A stretch of DNA of 60,025 bases, the filler included, from Basidiobolus ranarum (lineage: Eukaryota), in NCBI GenBank assembly GCA_040143965.1. It is 12 parts of 12 records of this genome, joined end to end, with 100 filler letters (N's around TTAATTAATTAA, not from the genome) between each part and the next. Parts side by side here need not be neighbours in the genome. Positions count along the whole stretch, not along the records: positions 1 to 4,929 come from JASJQH010008656.1; positions 5,030 to 9,953 come from JASJQH010008657.1; positions 10,054 to 14,974 come from JASJQH010008658.1; 9 more parts are not named here. One strand, written 5' to 3'. Of the stretch, positions 1 through 14,485 are shown one piece after another. The stretch's first letter is position 1, and each line of letters starts with the position of its first letter. The notes under the pieces were generated by a model. It did not search any database. It saw only the letters and a list, made by a program, of their open reading frames with translations, and was not told where the DNA came from. The position numbers were made by a program, and so were the translations under genes.

Positions 1-78
1 GTATCAAAGTTCAATATAAGATAACTAAATACTAAGCTATATATGACTATAGGTGTTTAGGCAATGCTAATTTCAACA
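1..78 (-). mobile_element. Ty1/copia LTR family 1, 5' end fragment cut by the contig edge
   Basis: Reverse complement begins TGTTGAAATTAGCATTGCCTAAACACCTATAGTCATATATAGCTTAG, matching LTR starts at 18925, 19736 and 29736. Confidence 0.8.
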
Positions 79-349
79 CTGAAGAGCAAGAAACAATTCA
101 CTGTAAACAACTGAAATGGAATATACAATAATCTTGCAGACTTCAGAGAGAGGGGCGGATATTGATTCTTGAATATGGTTAATATACAAATAAATGGGAG
201 TATAAATAGATGGTTCTGTTTATCTTTCTCTAGGACACACATTACTTTATTGCTGATGTCCATTGTGCATAGTACTGATAGATGAATGAAGTAAACAGTA
301 TGTAACTGAAGGAATGCACAAAGGACAGTACACAAGAATTAGATTTGTT

Positions 350-1813
350 TCATTCGGATACAGGAGATAATAATTCTGGTGAGCTACTTCCACGAGAACG
401 GACATTTTCTTGAGAATTTTTAGGTTTCTTCAAGTTACGATTTTCTTTTGATAACATCCTTTGAATCTTTCGATGTTCCCGATCATCTAATTGCTAAAAT
501 AAAATGCAACTTAGATATGGAAGGATACACTACCTATATATTTGGATACTTACTTGGGGAATGTTGTAAGGGACGTATCGATCATAATCGTTGATGTTGA
601 GGGAAGATCGAGCGAATGTAATCAATTCATGTACAAAGTGTTCACTTTGTTCTCCAAGAAATGGAGTAAGCAGTTCGATGGCCTTCTCACTCTTCAAATC
701 CATTCTTAAGAAGAAAGCATTAGACTTGGTGGGGAAGAGAGCAAAGAGTGAATTGGTTACTTTTTTAAGATGGCTAAGATATGTTCTTTGACCAATTCTA
801 CATCTTCATCATTCAATAACACCTGTAAATCTCTACGAATCCAAGCCACCACTCGTGCTGTATTGGATTGACTTTGTAGACCTACTTGAAAGTTAATATT
901 TGACCTGAAGTATGAGGTAAGAAGGGAGTACGAACTTGCCGGTTGAAATCCAGAATGTGCATTGGAACCGATATGAACTGCACGTAATTTATATTTATAC
1001 ACTAATCTATAGAGTACATTGATTAGTATATGTCAACATGAAATTCGATACTTTAAGATAATACCTTCGTTTACGATATCCTGCCTCTATACGTTGTTCT
1101 TCATCTACTTCTATGGGACCATATTGTGGGATTGGTCTTCTCCTTCTTTGAACAATTGTATATGGTTACAAAGATTCTCTCTTTCTTGAGGCGTATATAA
1201 ACACGTACCTGTATGGTTGAGGTCTAAATGAAGAATGAGGTGCCTGGGTCGACTGTGGACCATGCTTCAAGGCCAATGGGGGAAATGTGAACTGCGGGAG
1301 AGCATTATAGATGGTTTTAGTAAAATATAAATACATGGAGATTTTGAAATATTTACCCTTCTATAAGTCTCGTATGCTACATTATATATGACCGAAAAGA
1401 ATTCCACTTTACATAGAGGACATTGTCGGTGTGCAGAAGCCCATAGTTCGATACACTGAAAACAATAAGTATCTAAAGTTTGATTTAAGAAGTAATCACT
1501 TGAACAATCAAAAGGTTCCTTAGAGAAGGGTATAACAAAGGTGAATAAATAGGATACGTAAACATGGCTCTACGAAGGTCTTTTGCTGAAATCCACTCAA
1601 ACATATTGGGCAGTTATCCTCAACCTCCTCTTCCTCTTTTTCGTCTTCTGTTGGATCCTCTGTGGTCTCCTCGCTATCGGAGAGTGCTCGTTTGTTTGAG
1701 CCCTGAGGACTATCTTCTAAATTATTTGAAATAGAACCCTCTTCAGGGGATGTATACTCGTCATTGGAATGGTCTATATTCTCGTCAGTAGTAGAAGAGA
1801 CCTGTGAAGACAT
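350..1813 (-). CDS. TOPORS-like C3HC4 RING E3 ubiquitin ligase (multi-exon)
   Basis: Spliced RING CPIC..PCL|HTYCFQC..CPLCK. Downstream exons give WIRRDLQVLL..HILAILKK and LLTPFLGEQSEHFVHELITFARS..YD, typical of the TOPORS C-terminal helical region. ATG at 1813; last exon ends ..PVSE* at 350. Confidence 0.8.
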
Positions 1814-1998
1814 GATGTAGACCAACCGAGTATTAGATAATCAATCTAAATAAAAATGGATAAATATTTGATTAAGAATCCAATCACCCATACCCACATA
1901 ATATCTGAGGGAGGGAATTTTTTTGAGGATTCTCGAAGAATTTCTCATCAATTTATGGCACTAACATAAATCACTTGTTGGTAAAAGTGAGAGAGTAA

Positions 1999-4302
<2,304 letters not shown>

Positions 4303-4444
4303 TCATGCATGAACGCAACATTAAATATGTTTTAAAACCCAACATCGAACCCTTTTTTATTAAATTTAACGGGGGTGTATTAAAAAGGAAAGTGAAGTGT
4401 ACGACGATGAGTGAGGTGAAGGGTGAATGTGAGGGCTCGGTCCG

Positions 4445-4868
4445 TTATGGTTTACGGAACTCTGTTAATACAGGATAAATAGCTTCAAAGGCTTGATAAA
4501 TCTCTTCGCGCACCTTGGGGAGAAGTAAAGGTTTAGATATGCCAATAATATATATACATGTTTGCTCATTTGATTCTCACCTTGGCACCTGTCAACACAA
4601 TCTTGCCAGATACGAAAATCAAAAGCACAATCTTGGGCTTCACCATTCGGTAAATTAGACCAGGGAACAACTCTGGTTCATACTAAAATATCAAGGGTCG
4701 AATAAATTATCAAGGCAAAGGAATCGTATTTACACATACACAGAGAGAATCAGGTGGAATCACCAGCCTCAGTATATATCTAATAAATATCCTTACACTT
4801 GAGAAATGTCCGTGAGAGTAAGCCAAGCCTTCCAAACGAATCGGGAATTTGACGTCACAACTTCCCAC
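4445..4868 (-). CDS. SPT15: TATA-binding protein, 3' part only (3 exons)
   Basis: [80 protein letters not shown]. Confidence 0.95.
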
Positions 4869-4929
4869 CCCGTGCTTCGCCATCGATGGATCAGGATCGT
4901 TTACTTACTAGATGGGGGGGGGGATACTT

Positions 4930-5029
4930 NNNNNNNNNNNNNNNNNNNNNNNNNNNNNNNNNNNNNNNNNNNNTTAATTAATTAANNNNNNNNNNNNNNN
5001 NNNNNNNNNNNNNNNNNNNNNNNNNNNNN
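4930..5029. other. Artificial contig linker (also at 9954, 14975, 19994, 25012, 30026, 35034, 40038, 45039, 50039, 55033)
   Basis: Identical 100-nt N44-TTAATTAATTAA-N44 spacer with stops in all six frames; contig lengths decrease monotonically. Confidence 0.98.
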
Positions 5030-5479
5030 CTTTCAAAGTCTCAAACTAAGCAGATGAGCCTATACAGCTATACAACAATTCATACCTGAAAGGTATCAAA
5101 AGAAAATACCGAGTTTTTCAAACTATCCACAAGAATCTAATATGATTATTCAACGTTTCGAAAAGAAAACCAAGCTTATATGTTGGATTTGAGTGGTTGA
5201 CTATTTTCCGGACAAAAATGAAATATGAGATCAAATGAAGCAGAGAAAATACTTCAGTGACAATAGATGGAGCTTACTGCTAGAGTGTTGGGAAGACTGT
5301 CAATTGTCGAGAACTAGGTTGGAAAAGAAGTCAACTAAGTTAGAGCGAACTTCCTTCTCCCCAATTTTGCCAAGTGAGCAGAAGCGAGGAGTAAATATGA
5401 TTGGCTTAAAAGGAATACACTTTTTAACGCGTGATTTTTGGAGATTGATTGTTATAGATTCATAAATGAATCAAATCAT

Positions 5480-7140
5480 TAAAATCGCCAAATATTGAAG
5501 TAACCATGAAATTTACTGCAGAAAGAAGTTCGTGATATTTTTCTTCTTGGCGGTGATTTGGAAATAAACACACTCAGCATTAAACCAATTTACGTAACTT
5601 GGTGAGTAATAATAATAGTATAGTATAATAGTATAGCCTTGATTAATCATATAAATCAGGTCACCCACAAGAGAATAACTGTTTGTGTTTCCAGTGGTGC
5701 TTGGCCTATGAATAAAGAGTTGATTGGCTACTATGCAGGGTTAGGGTTTATCAATGGGCAAGACTGTTTATATTTCCTTCCCATTTCGCGGTTATTCATA
5801 GTTGGAAGTTCCTGGAGTGGTTTCACGAAAATTTGGGGCCAAGAGGATTTGGGAATGTGTCTAATTTAAGAGGTTTGGTAAGGGGAAGGCTAAGATATCT
5901 AAAGGATTTTCACATTAAACGACAAATATAGCCTAAAGTTGGTTCATTTTCTCGATTTTCATTAAAACATAACATGGGAATATAACTCTTGATCCTCTTT
6001 TTGAAGTCCTCGAAGGAAGATCGTTGCTCACAGGAAGTTTCCTACTTGTTCAATATTATCAGCAAGAGCAAGTTTGGCATTTCTAGCAGAGTAGAGTCTA
6101 CTAATGGTGGGGAACAGGTTGGCTCACTCACTCTTAAAACATTCCGTATGGATAAAATTAATGGTAATATCGATACTGCGTCGGTCTATTAATGCGTTGA
6201 CGAATTTCGCCCTTGATTTCAGTCGTAGGGTTTTGGCATTGGAGTAAATTTGCAGAAAGCTTCGAAATAGGTTTTGCGCACTCCTGATGATTTCACTATT
6301 GATTTCATTTGAATCATAAAAGATATGAGGTACGGAACTGAAAGGCATGAGCTATTAGTCAAAATCAGTAACCAGTCGTATAAACGAAATATACCTAGGG
6401 GAATATCAACACTTGTACAATTCTAATTCAGCCGTAGTAATGCAAAGAACCGACTTGGAGGCAATCAAGTGATATCTTTCAAGTACATTGTGAGTGTCAT
6501 ATTGGTGGTGCGTGCTGGTTATCTAAAGAACAGCATAGTTTTCAAAGTGGTTAGAACTCGAACATGAACTTAATAAATAACCGAGAAATCTAGAAATGGT
6601 ACAGTTTGAATAAGAAGGCATATTATTCGGAAAAAAATGAAAACGGCAAGTGTTGGAGCTTCATGGGTAGTATTTAAAATTCCTCTACGAAAGCCACAAA
6701 CAATACTCTCCAAATATATTTCCTTAGTGTGTAAAGCACTTCAGAGCAGAACTTGCCAGAAAATCAACGGTGAGTGTATAGGGATCTGGGAAAAGATCTA
6801 CATGCACCAATGCTTAATGATTCTATGGTTAGTATTTGTTATTATGGAGTGAAGTTTTCTGTTAAGTGACTTCGTATTAAGTCGGTGATTTTCAAATTAA
6901 GCTAACATGAATAAAAATCCGAATTTTCTATTGGGAAAGAGTAAGAATCAATACAACTCTGGGTAGCCGAAACGTCATAAGTGGCATGATGATTCTTTTT
7001 CCGTAGTCAAGTAATAATTATTGAATAGAATCCATTCTAATAATAACTCTAATATCCACGGATTTCCATCATCTTGTAAAACTTTGAATGTTAACATTTT
7101 CCATTTCTTGAATAACCAAGTCATTTCTGTATGTTGTCAT
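5480..7140 (-). pseudogene. Possible degenerate RasGEF (REM + CDC25)-like gene
   Basis: Intron-flanked fragments (VLQDDGNPWILELLLEWIL, IIKHWC, YDTHNVLERYHLIASKSVLCITTAEL, KSRAKFVNALID..INF, VGDLIYMINQG) occur in RasGEF-like order but contain stops. Similarity is weak. Confidence 0.3.
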
Positions 7141-7206
7141 ACTAGTGAAGTCTTGTTCTTTACCACGCATATTTAACTTGTTGAATTTGGTTGGTTCGCT
7201 TACCCA

Positions 7207-8091
7207 ATGTCGTCTATATTGTTATCTAAACACTTAACTTCATCTGTGAAATTACTTCGATTTTCTTCCTTTTTTAAAAAACCATATCCTACTGTAGGTT
7301 GCTTCAGTTCTTATTCAAAGGTCACACAACAAATGCCCATTCAAAAGTCGGAGAGTGACCAGCCTTCAACTGAGCCCGACAAGGATCCCTCCAAAAGTCC
7401 GAATGGAGCTAGCGAGTATGAATTGAATGTTGGTGCAGGTAATGTTTTCATATTGTGCTTTCACTCCAACATAAATGAGGGCCTTTGAATAACCAAAAAA
7501 CTCAACTCAATATCCTGTTCTCTCATAGCCGTTGATACTCTTCGTCAAGAATTACCGAACTTTTTCGTTTTTGGTTTAAATAATACAAGTATCTATTCGC
7601 CAAACATACTATTGTGGGAGCCTCGTTATACTGGTTTACAGATTCGAGGCAAATGGAGTTACCTGGTTTTAGCGGCCACCGTACGTTGGTCTTTACGCTG
7701 GTATTATTCTGACTTGCGTTTCGATATTCTAAAGCTAACCCAGAATCGTGCTGGTTCGGTTGGTGAGATTGATACCGAAAAGCCAAGTTCTGAAGTAGAG
7801 CTTGTCTTACGTTGGTCACTTGAAGGCACCCCTAAAGTGAGGTTTTTATCCCCATCCGGAGGCAACTCACGTACTGTATATGAGGGAGTATTTATCTATA
7901 ACTTTGACCAGAGTGGATTGATTCGTAGACATGTTATTGAGCATATTAATCCCGCTCCAAGTGAAAAAATCTTTCGATTTAAATGGTGGCCTCGCTCGGT
8001 GATTAAACCACAAGGCCTTGGTGTCGGCCTCGTTCCAGCCAAAGGGTGGAGCCTCGCTTCTGAGCAACCCCCTACTGAAGAAGCAAAGTAA
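7207..8091 (+). CDS. DUF2358 / C6orf136-like protein, probably mitochondrial (intron 7439-7528)
   Basis: Basic Ser-rich presequence; YELNVGA|AVDTLRQELPNFF..IYS..IRGKWSY..LRWSLEG..YEGVFIYNFDQSGLIRRHVIEHINPAP. Splicing joins two ORFs in frame. Confidence 0.75.
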
Positions 8092-8533
8092 AATCTCACC
8101 TTCGGACATACGTGGCTGAACGTTGTTGGCATTTGTATAGAATGACTGAAGTGCTATGGTTATATATAAATTGAATTCAAGCTGTCAATCAACTTGTCTC
8201 GGTTCATCTTGAATATCACTTGTGAATTACTCAACTCTGCCAAAGAAAATATATCCCCCTTTACCTAGAAAAATTCTTGTGCATTTATCGAAGAATTGAT
8301 TGGAAATCATCAGATTTGAAACAATAGGGTCTTTTTATTATGAAGTAAAGGAATTTAACTTTCTGAGCTAATATCAGTTTGATGAGAGGATCAAATCTAT
8401 TTAAAAGATAGAAGTGGATGGGTTTTATTATCCGAGTAAAAGAACTGAATGAAAGATGGTGCGAGCGCAAGTGCAAGTAAAGATTTTATGAATATTTTGG
8501 ATGTTCTTTCACCAAATAAACCATTGATGATGC

Positions 8534-9907
8534 TTAGTGTCCATGTGGGTCTTGTTGCTTTTGCTCTGGAATTACTTTGATCATATCGTCGATACGTAAG
8601 ATCGAAATAGCTGCTTCAGTAGCTGCTTTGAGGGACTTAATTTTGGACATACCAGGCTCCAAGACTCCAGCTTTACGATTATCACGGACTTCACCCTTAA
8701 GCAAGTCAAGTCCATACCATTTCAAGGCAGCCCTCTTGTCATCGATGCCAGCATTCTGTGCAGCATTATGGTAAGCACGGAGCTTAGCGATCAACTCGGT
8801 CGAGTCTTGGGCCGCATTCACCGCTAAAGTCTTGGGGATGACAAGCAATGCGTTGGCAAATTCAGCAACAGCGAGTTGTTCACGGGATCCCTATAATTGC
8901 CAAAGAGTTGAGCATTCCTGTAAGTGCATTACGCATTGATAGTCAATTGATCGTCTTACCAAAGTATTAGCGAAGTTTTCCAAATAAATGTTCAAGGCTG
9001 CTTCCACAGCACCACCACCTGGCACAACAGTGCTACTTTCTAATGTTCTTTTGACAACACATAAGCTATCGTGAAGACTGCGCTCCATTTCGTCGAGCAT
9101 ATAATCGTTCGCTCCACGAAGAATGATGCTAGATGAGCTATGTGCCTTTGTACCCTTTATGAGGATGCATTCATCATCACTGATGCGCTCTTGTACTACT
9201 TGATCAGCATATCCAAGATAACTAGGCTCAAAAGATTCTTCACCGTCCAAGTTGGAGAGTGTTGAAATAAGTGTGGCTATGATTTTCAAAGACAGAACGG
9301 GTAATCAGTTAGATTGTGTTAGAGATCTTTGGAGGGGATGTGAAATAATTACCTCCAGTAGTTTTTGCGATTCTTCTCATGTCTTCTTTGGTAACTCTTC
9401 TGACAGCCATGGCACCAGCTTCGATGAAGCTCTTCAAGCACAGATCATCGATTCCTTTTGTGGTCAAGACAACATTTGCGCCAGCTTCAAGAACCTTGTT
9501 GATTCTTTCGATGGTGATACCAATTTCTCTTTGACGAATATCTTCCAATTTATCGGGATCATCTACCAAGATGTTAACTCCAAGATGCATTCTAGCTTTC
9601 TGTAAGTTAATATCCAAGCAAGCAATCTTGGCATTTTGTATGTTGGTTTTCATAGCTAAATGGGGCAAATAGATTGTGTGAGAAGAGGCTTAGATGTACT
9701 CTAATAGCTACTTTTACTTTCATACCTTGACTAGCGACTGTACAATTAAGTGCGTACCCATTCACAAAAACACTTTCACGGGAGCTCTTTCCATGAGATT
9801 TAAGAATATTAACTGCATTGACGGGTGCTTTTATTTCACCGCGGGCATTAACGAATTTAACACTTTGCATGGCATCGACTGCCATGTTGGCGAAGAAATC
9901 GCTATCA
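8534..9907 (-). CDS. TCP1: Chaperonin CCT/TRiC subunit alpha, 5' truncated
   Basis: [76 protein letters not shown]. Confidence 0.95.
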
Positions 9908-10384
9908 CTAAAGAGAGATGAGTGAGAAGTCGAATTGGGAAGAAATAACATATNNNNNNNNNNNNNNNNNNNNNNNNNNNNNNNNNNNNNNNNNNNNTTA
10001 ATTAATTAANNNNNNNNNNNNNNNNNNNNNNNNNNNNNNNNNNNNNNNNNNNNGTAGCAAGTCGTTTTAACAAAATTTAAGTAATATACATGCTAAATAT
10101 CCTTGATTAGTGATGTAATGACCGCAGTTATTTTGAATTGTTATATTACAGGCGGGTGATCAGGTACTATATGATTTTCAATGGATGTCTCAACCCCTGT
10201 TGTTTGTTTATTTACTTATTCGAGTGACCAATAACCTTTTAGCTTAAAATTAGTGTGAAAAGATACAACTAGCGAGATAAATAAATTAATCGCTTTCGAA
10301 CACTCCTTTACAACTTCTCAATTCTTCATACCTACCACTCTTTCCTACACGCCATTTTCATTCACCAACATATACATATTCCAA

Positions 10385-12389
10385 ATGATGGGGTTCTCTT
10401 TGGAGAAAGATGTCGAACACTTTGACAACTTATATACTTTGAATCTTTCTAAGATGCAGAGAATGCTACGCTCGTTTCGTTCCAAATTAAATGCCATCAT
10501 TAATGATGCAAAGTCTTCTCCAAGTGCTTTTGCTGCATACGTTACTGAACAAAGTAGTCAGAAACACAAGCATACTGTCAGAGTGACATACGGAAAAAAG
10601 AACGGCAAGTCGATGTCAGTAGCTACTAGTGCCAAGGGAGGGTCATTTGAATCCACTATAATGAAACACGAAGCCTCTCTCCTAGAGGCCTACAGACATC
10701 TATTAGTCAAGCTATGGCTCGTTCCTACCAAACAAGCTCAGGAACAGAAGCCGAAGGTACCGACCTTGGGAATGTTTGCATCACAGGCTCTGGGTAAGCA
10801 TCTGGGTGGAGAGAAAAATCACGAAAAAATAGAGAAATACTATGAAATCATCCCGGGACACTTTAGGCGACACGTTTTGGTTGCTCATCTTGTTCAGGAA
10901 TGTAAGAGGCATGTGCGGTCCTATAACTTTTATCGAACCCTCCTGGAGATTTGTGTCGAGCACAAATTAAACTTACAGGTAAGAGAAAGCACCACGATTT
11001 CATTAAATTGATATAGTTCAATTAATTAAATCCTATTATTTTCTCTAGGTTGGTGAATTATTGGATTACTTGATGGAGATACGTCCACTTGGACTACAAC
11101 AAGATTTCCATTACTTTTATAATGCTGCCGCCAAATCTTACTGTGTACCCAGAATGATATCCAAACTTAAGCAAATCATGTCGGCCGAACAATTCTTACG
11201 CTCTGGATTTACTGATTATGTTACGAAGCTTTCTTCACCGTATCAGGCTATAGAGCTATTGACCATTGCTTGGAAGGCTCTGATTAAGGAAACTACCAAA
11301 AGAAAACCGATTATCAAAGATCCTTTAGTACAAATCCGTATTGGGCAATGGACTTCGGCTATCGTGGCCAAGTTCATGTCTATCCAAGACGATCAAACAG
11401 TTAGCCCAGTTCAAACTGAGCGGTGCGTTAGTTTGATAGCACAATTATCCGATACTTTAGCTGAAGTCAGGATTCAGCAATTTTCTTCATGCAGTCTTTC
11501 ATTGAACTTGGTTCTTCTAAACTCAACGTTTATTCACAACTTGTCTCGTCACGAGCGCAACTCGAAGCATTGGGTGAAAAGAATTCAGAAACTTTTCCTT
11601 GGAAATGAAATCGTTGATCTTGATGTGGTCATACTATCTTATAAGACTCATCAAAATCTCCTAGCTCTCGCTCGTACTTGCCAAACATTCGGATTATATT
11701 CAGTTGGTGTTGAAATAATCAATGGTTCTCTGGCTCGTTACAGTGAAATTCGTCAGGAGTCTGATCTCTCCTCGTGTCCAACAGTGCGCGAGCTAACAAT
11801 ATTTGTGAGAGAATTAGAGAGGAGAAGCATCTCTAATGAAGATATCTCATCTAAACTATTTCACGACGTGACCTTTGACTCGTGGGCTAGCTCACCTGCT
11901 TCCAGATCTCTAGCATATGGATTATCTTGCCCTTCCCAGTCTGAGAATCTCATTAGAGGAAACAAAAGAAAGCTCCTTTCTGCCAATGAGACAGGCTTAA
12001 AAAAGAGGTTAAAGTATAACGTTTCCGAAAGTAAAAGGAAGATGGGTTACAAAGATTTAGGAGATGACGAATATTCTCCATGTATCACGAAGAAAGTCAA
12101 AACCAAAGCAACACCCAGAGAAAGAAAACCCTTGCGTGATATCACCAGTAGCAATCCAGTTAGGCCACGCCGTCAAACCGCTGGTCAAGGAGTACGCCAG
12201 TTTTGGGTTGTACCACTAGAGCAACACTCTGTAGAAAACGATGGCTGGTCCAGATATCCTACGCACCCTACTGAAGGTCCCCTTGTTTCGACACCACTTC
12301 GCACCGATTCAGTCATTCGAGAATCTCAGTTGAATGTAAAGAGAGTAAGGGCGCTGCCGCCAACGGAAATCGACGAGCTTTGTATATAA
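10385..12389 (+). CDS. Uncharacterised fungal protein, about 645 aa (intron 10979-11048)
   Basis: Two long ORFs joined in frame by a GTAAGA..CTAG intron. Helical N-terminal part; basic, disordered C-terminus with RKPLRDITSSN and terminal EIDELCI. Confidence 0.8.
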
Positions 12390-13292
12390 ATTTTGTTCAT
12401 TTTCAAATCAGAGAATGTGTACATATTTTGAAATTTGTTAGACTTTTGCAAACATACCATAGAGAATAAAACATTTCTATATTCACCGATATTGACAAAT
12501 TGGAGAGATATTTAGTGTGAAACCGTAGTATTATTTGATTAATTGAAGTACTACTTTTCCCACATATTTTACATGGATTACCTATAATATACACAGCAAC
12601 TCTCTTAACCCCCTTAAACCTTTAAATAAATTTTGAATTTAATGCATAAATTAAAGATTAAGTAGCAATTAATGGCCTAGATGTTGATTAATTTCAGAGT
12701 TTTCTGAAGAAACATCCATCTACGAATATGGCGTAGTAAGTTCAGTACAGGAACATTTCTTGATGGTTTCTACCCCGAGAGTTGGCATTCCACACATACA
12801 TTTTTATTGTTGTTGTGCTACCCTCTAGGAAGCAAAATATATCACAAAGCTATTGTAGAGTATGATACGAATCGAACAAACAATCATCTGGTTTTTAGAA
12901 TTTCTTCGTTTCAATTGGACACCTTCGCTATATAAATTCCTAGCGCCATCAATGTATGACTCTCTTTCTACATACTCCTTCGTATTCGATTCCTGTAATT
13001 TACCAGTTGAGTTGAAGGTTTCACATTTTTTAAGCTTGGTCCGATCCGAAACAAACTTTCTGTCCGTACAATACGATATATATGGATATCGACTTTACTC
13101 TAGTTAACCCTAACTCAATTGTAATGCAGGTAAGATATGTATAGTTAATTATATTCTGTTGACAAAAGATAGAAATCAAGGAATCAGATATGCCGCAAAA
13201 CTCCTGAGGGAAATGGAGCCTAATAAATATAACAGCTCTATGATAGGGTCTACAAGATGTATGAAAGAAATAATTATGCTAGTATTGATGCC

Positions 13293-14485
13293 CTACCAAA
13301 TTAGCCGGGAAACAAACAGGTATACAATGAAAATACATAAACACTCCAAGCCCTTAGGCGCTAGGAATTTAGAACTGAGGGAGCTAAAAACGTTAATTTC
13401 TCGTGTAGCCTGTAACGGTAGCCACGGGTCGCCCAAACATTGCCCAGCTGATTGCAGCTCCAGGCCCATTTGCTTGGCCGTACGAATCATCCCAGGTACT
13501 TGCGAAATGGATGCAGAGTAGATATCGTGCATTAGAGTAACCCAACTTCGTGTTGGGTTGACTAATGATATGAGGTTCTGGTTCACTGAATCTCCAATTG
13601 CGCTAGCGTTTGTTTGCCAGAATTTCCAGTCCAATGTGTCTCTATTAAACGTGTTTAGCTTAATCTCATGAATAATTGAATTCAAAGTACTCACAAATTC
13701 CACATCAGAATTTTGTAACCCATAGCTTCGGCTATTGCTCTAACTCGGTCGTCAACCTCGCCAACTATTGTTTTAAAACAGTACTTAGTATAGAATATGC
13801 GTCAATCAAGAATGGTGAAATGAGCTTTACAAGGGGGGCGAAGATAGCGCGGCTTAACTCCAATGGTTTTAGCAATGATGTCTTCTGTGGCTTTCATCTC
13901 TGATATTATTTGTTCGTTTGTAAGTGACATAAGGTGTGGATGTGACCAAGTGTGAGAGCAAATAGTATGTCCCTCTCTGTAAATCCTTTGCATGGTCTCT
14001 GCGTGCTTTGGGTTTTGCAATAGCACACCAATTACACAGAAAGTCGCTTTGATCCCTTCAGCTGCCAAGATATCTAAAAGCTGAGGGGTATTTTCACTAT
14101 ATGAATGTGTTAGTCTGGATTTACATTTCACTGACATGAATGTAGAGAAAATATATTACCCTGGTCCATCATCAAAAGTAAGGCCCAGGTTGTTTGGAAT
14201 AGGACACGACCAAATATCGGTTTGTTTTTGGCAAATACCGCACGTTTCCCAGCAACTCTCGCAACTATCTGGTTGACATATGCCTGGACATGTGCCAGTA
14301 CCAGGCGGTTTTACTGGAACGTTAGGAATTCGAGAAAGATCGATCTGGCTGATTGCTGCTGAATTGATAGGAGCCAAGACACCGATTGGCAATGAGCCTG
14401 AGGGTAGTATGGAATCAGCCCTTACTTGGCTTCCAAAAACCACAAATGAATTCAACAGAAAAATAATTGATTTGGATTTGCTCAT
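13293..14485 (-). CDS. Chitin deacetylase (CE4), signal peptide, Cys-rich N-terminus, probable GPI signal
   Basis: All five CE4 motifs present: LTFDDGP, HTWSH, LRPP, DTLDW, LMHD; hydrophobic N- and C-termini; 3 introns. Confidence 0.92.

Noticed and set aside
4930..5029. Periodic palindromic TTAATTAATTAA about every 5 kb
   Set aside because: Artificial linker embedded in Ns. It also means genes on different contigs cannot be treated as a cluster, for example the chitin deacetylase and the chitinase.
8577..9921. Plus-strand ORFs 8577-8774, 9252-9605 and 9694-9921
   Set aside because: Antisense shadows of CCT-alpha. The same applies to the short ORFs opposite MSE1, the deacetylase, PAQR and the chitinase.
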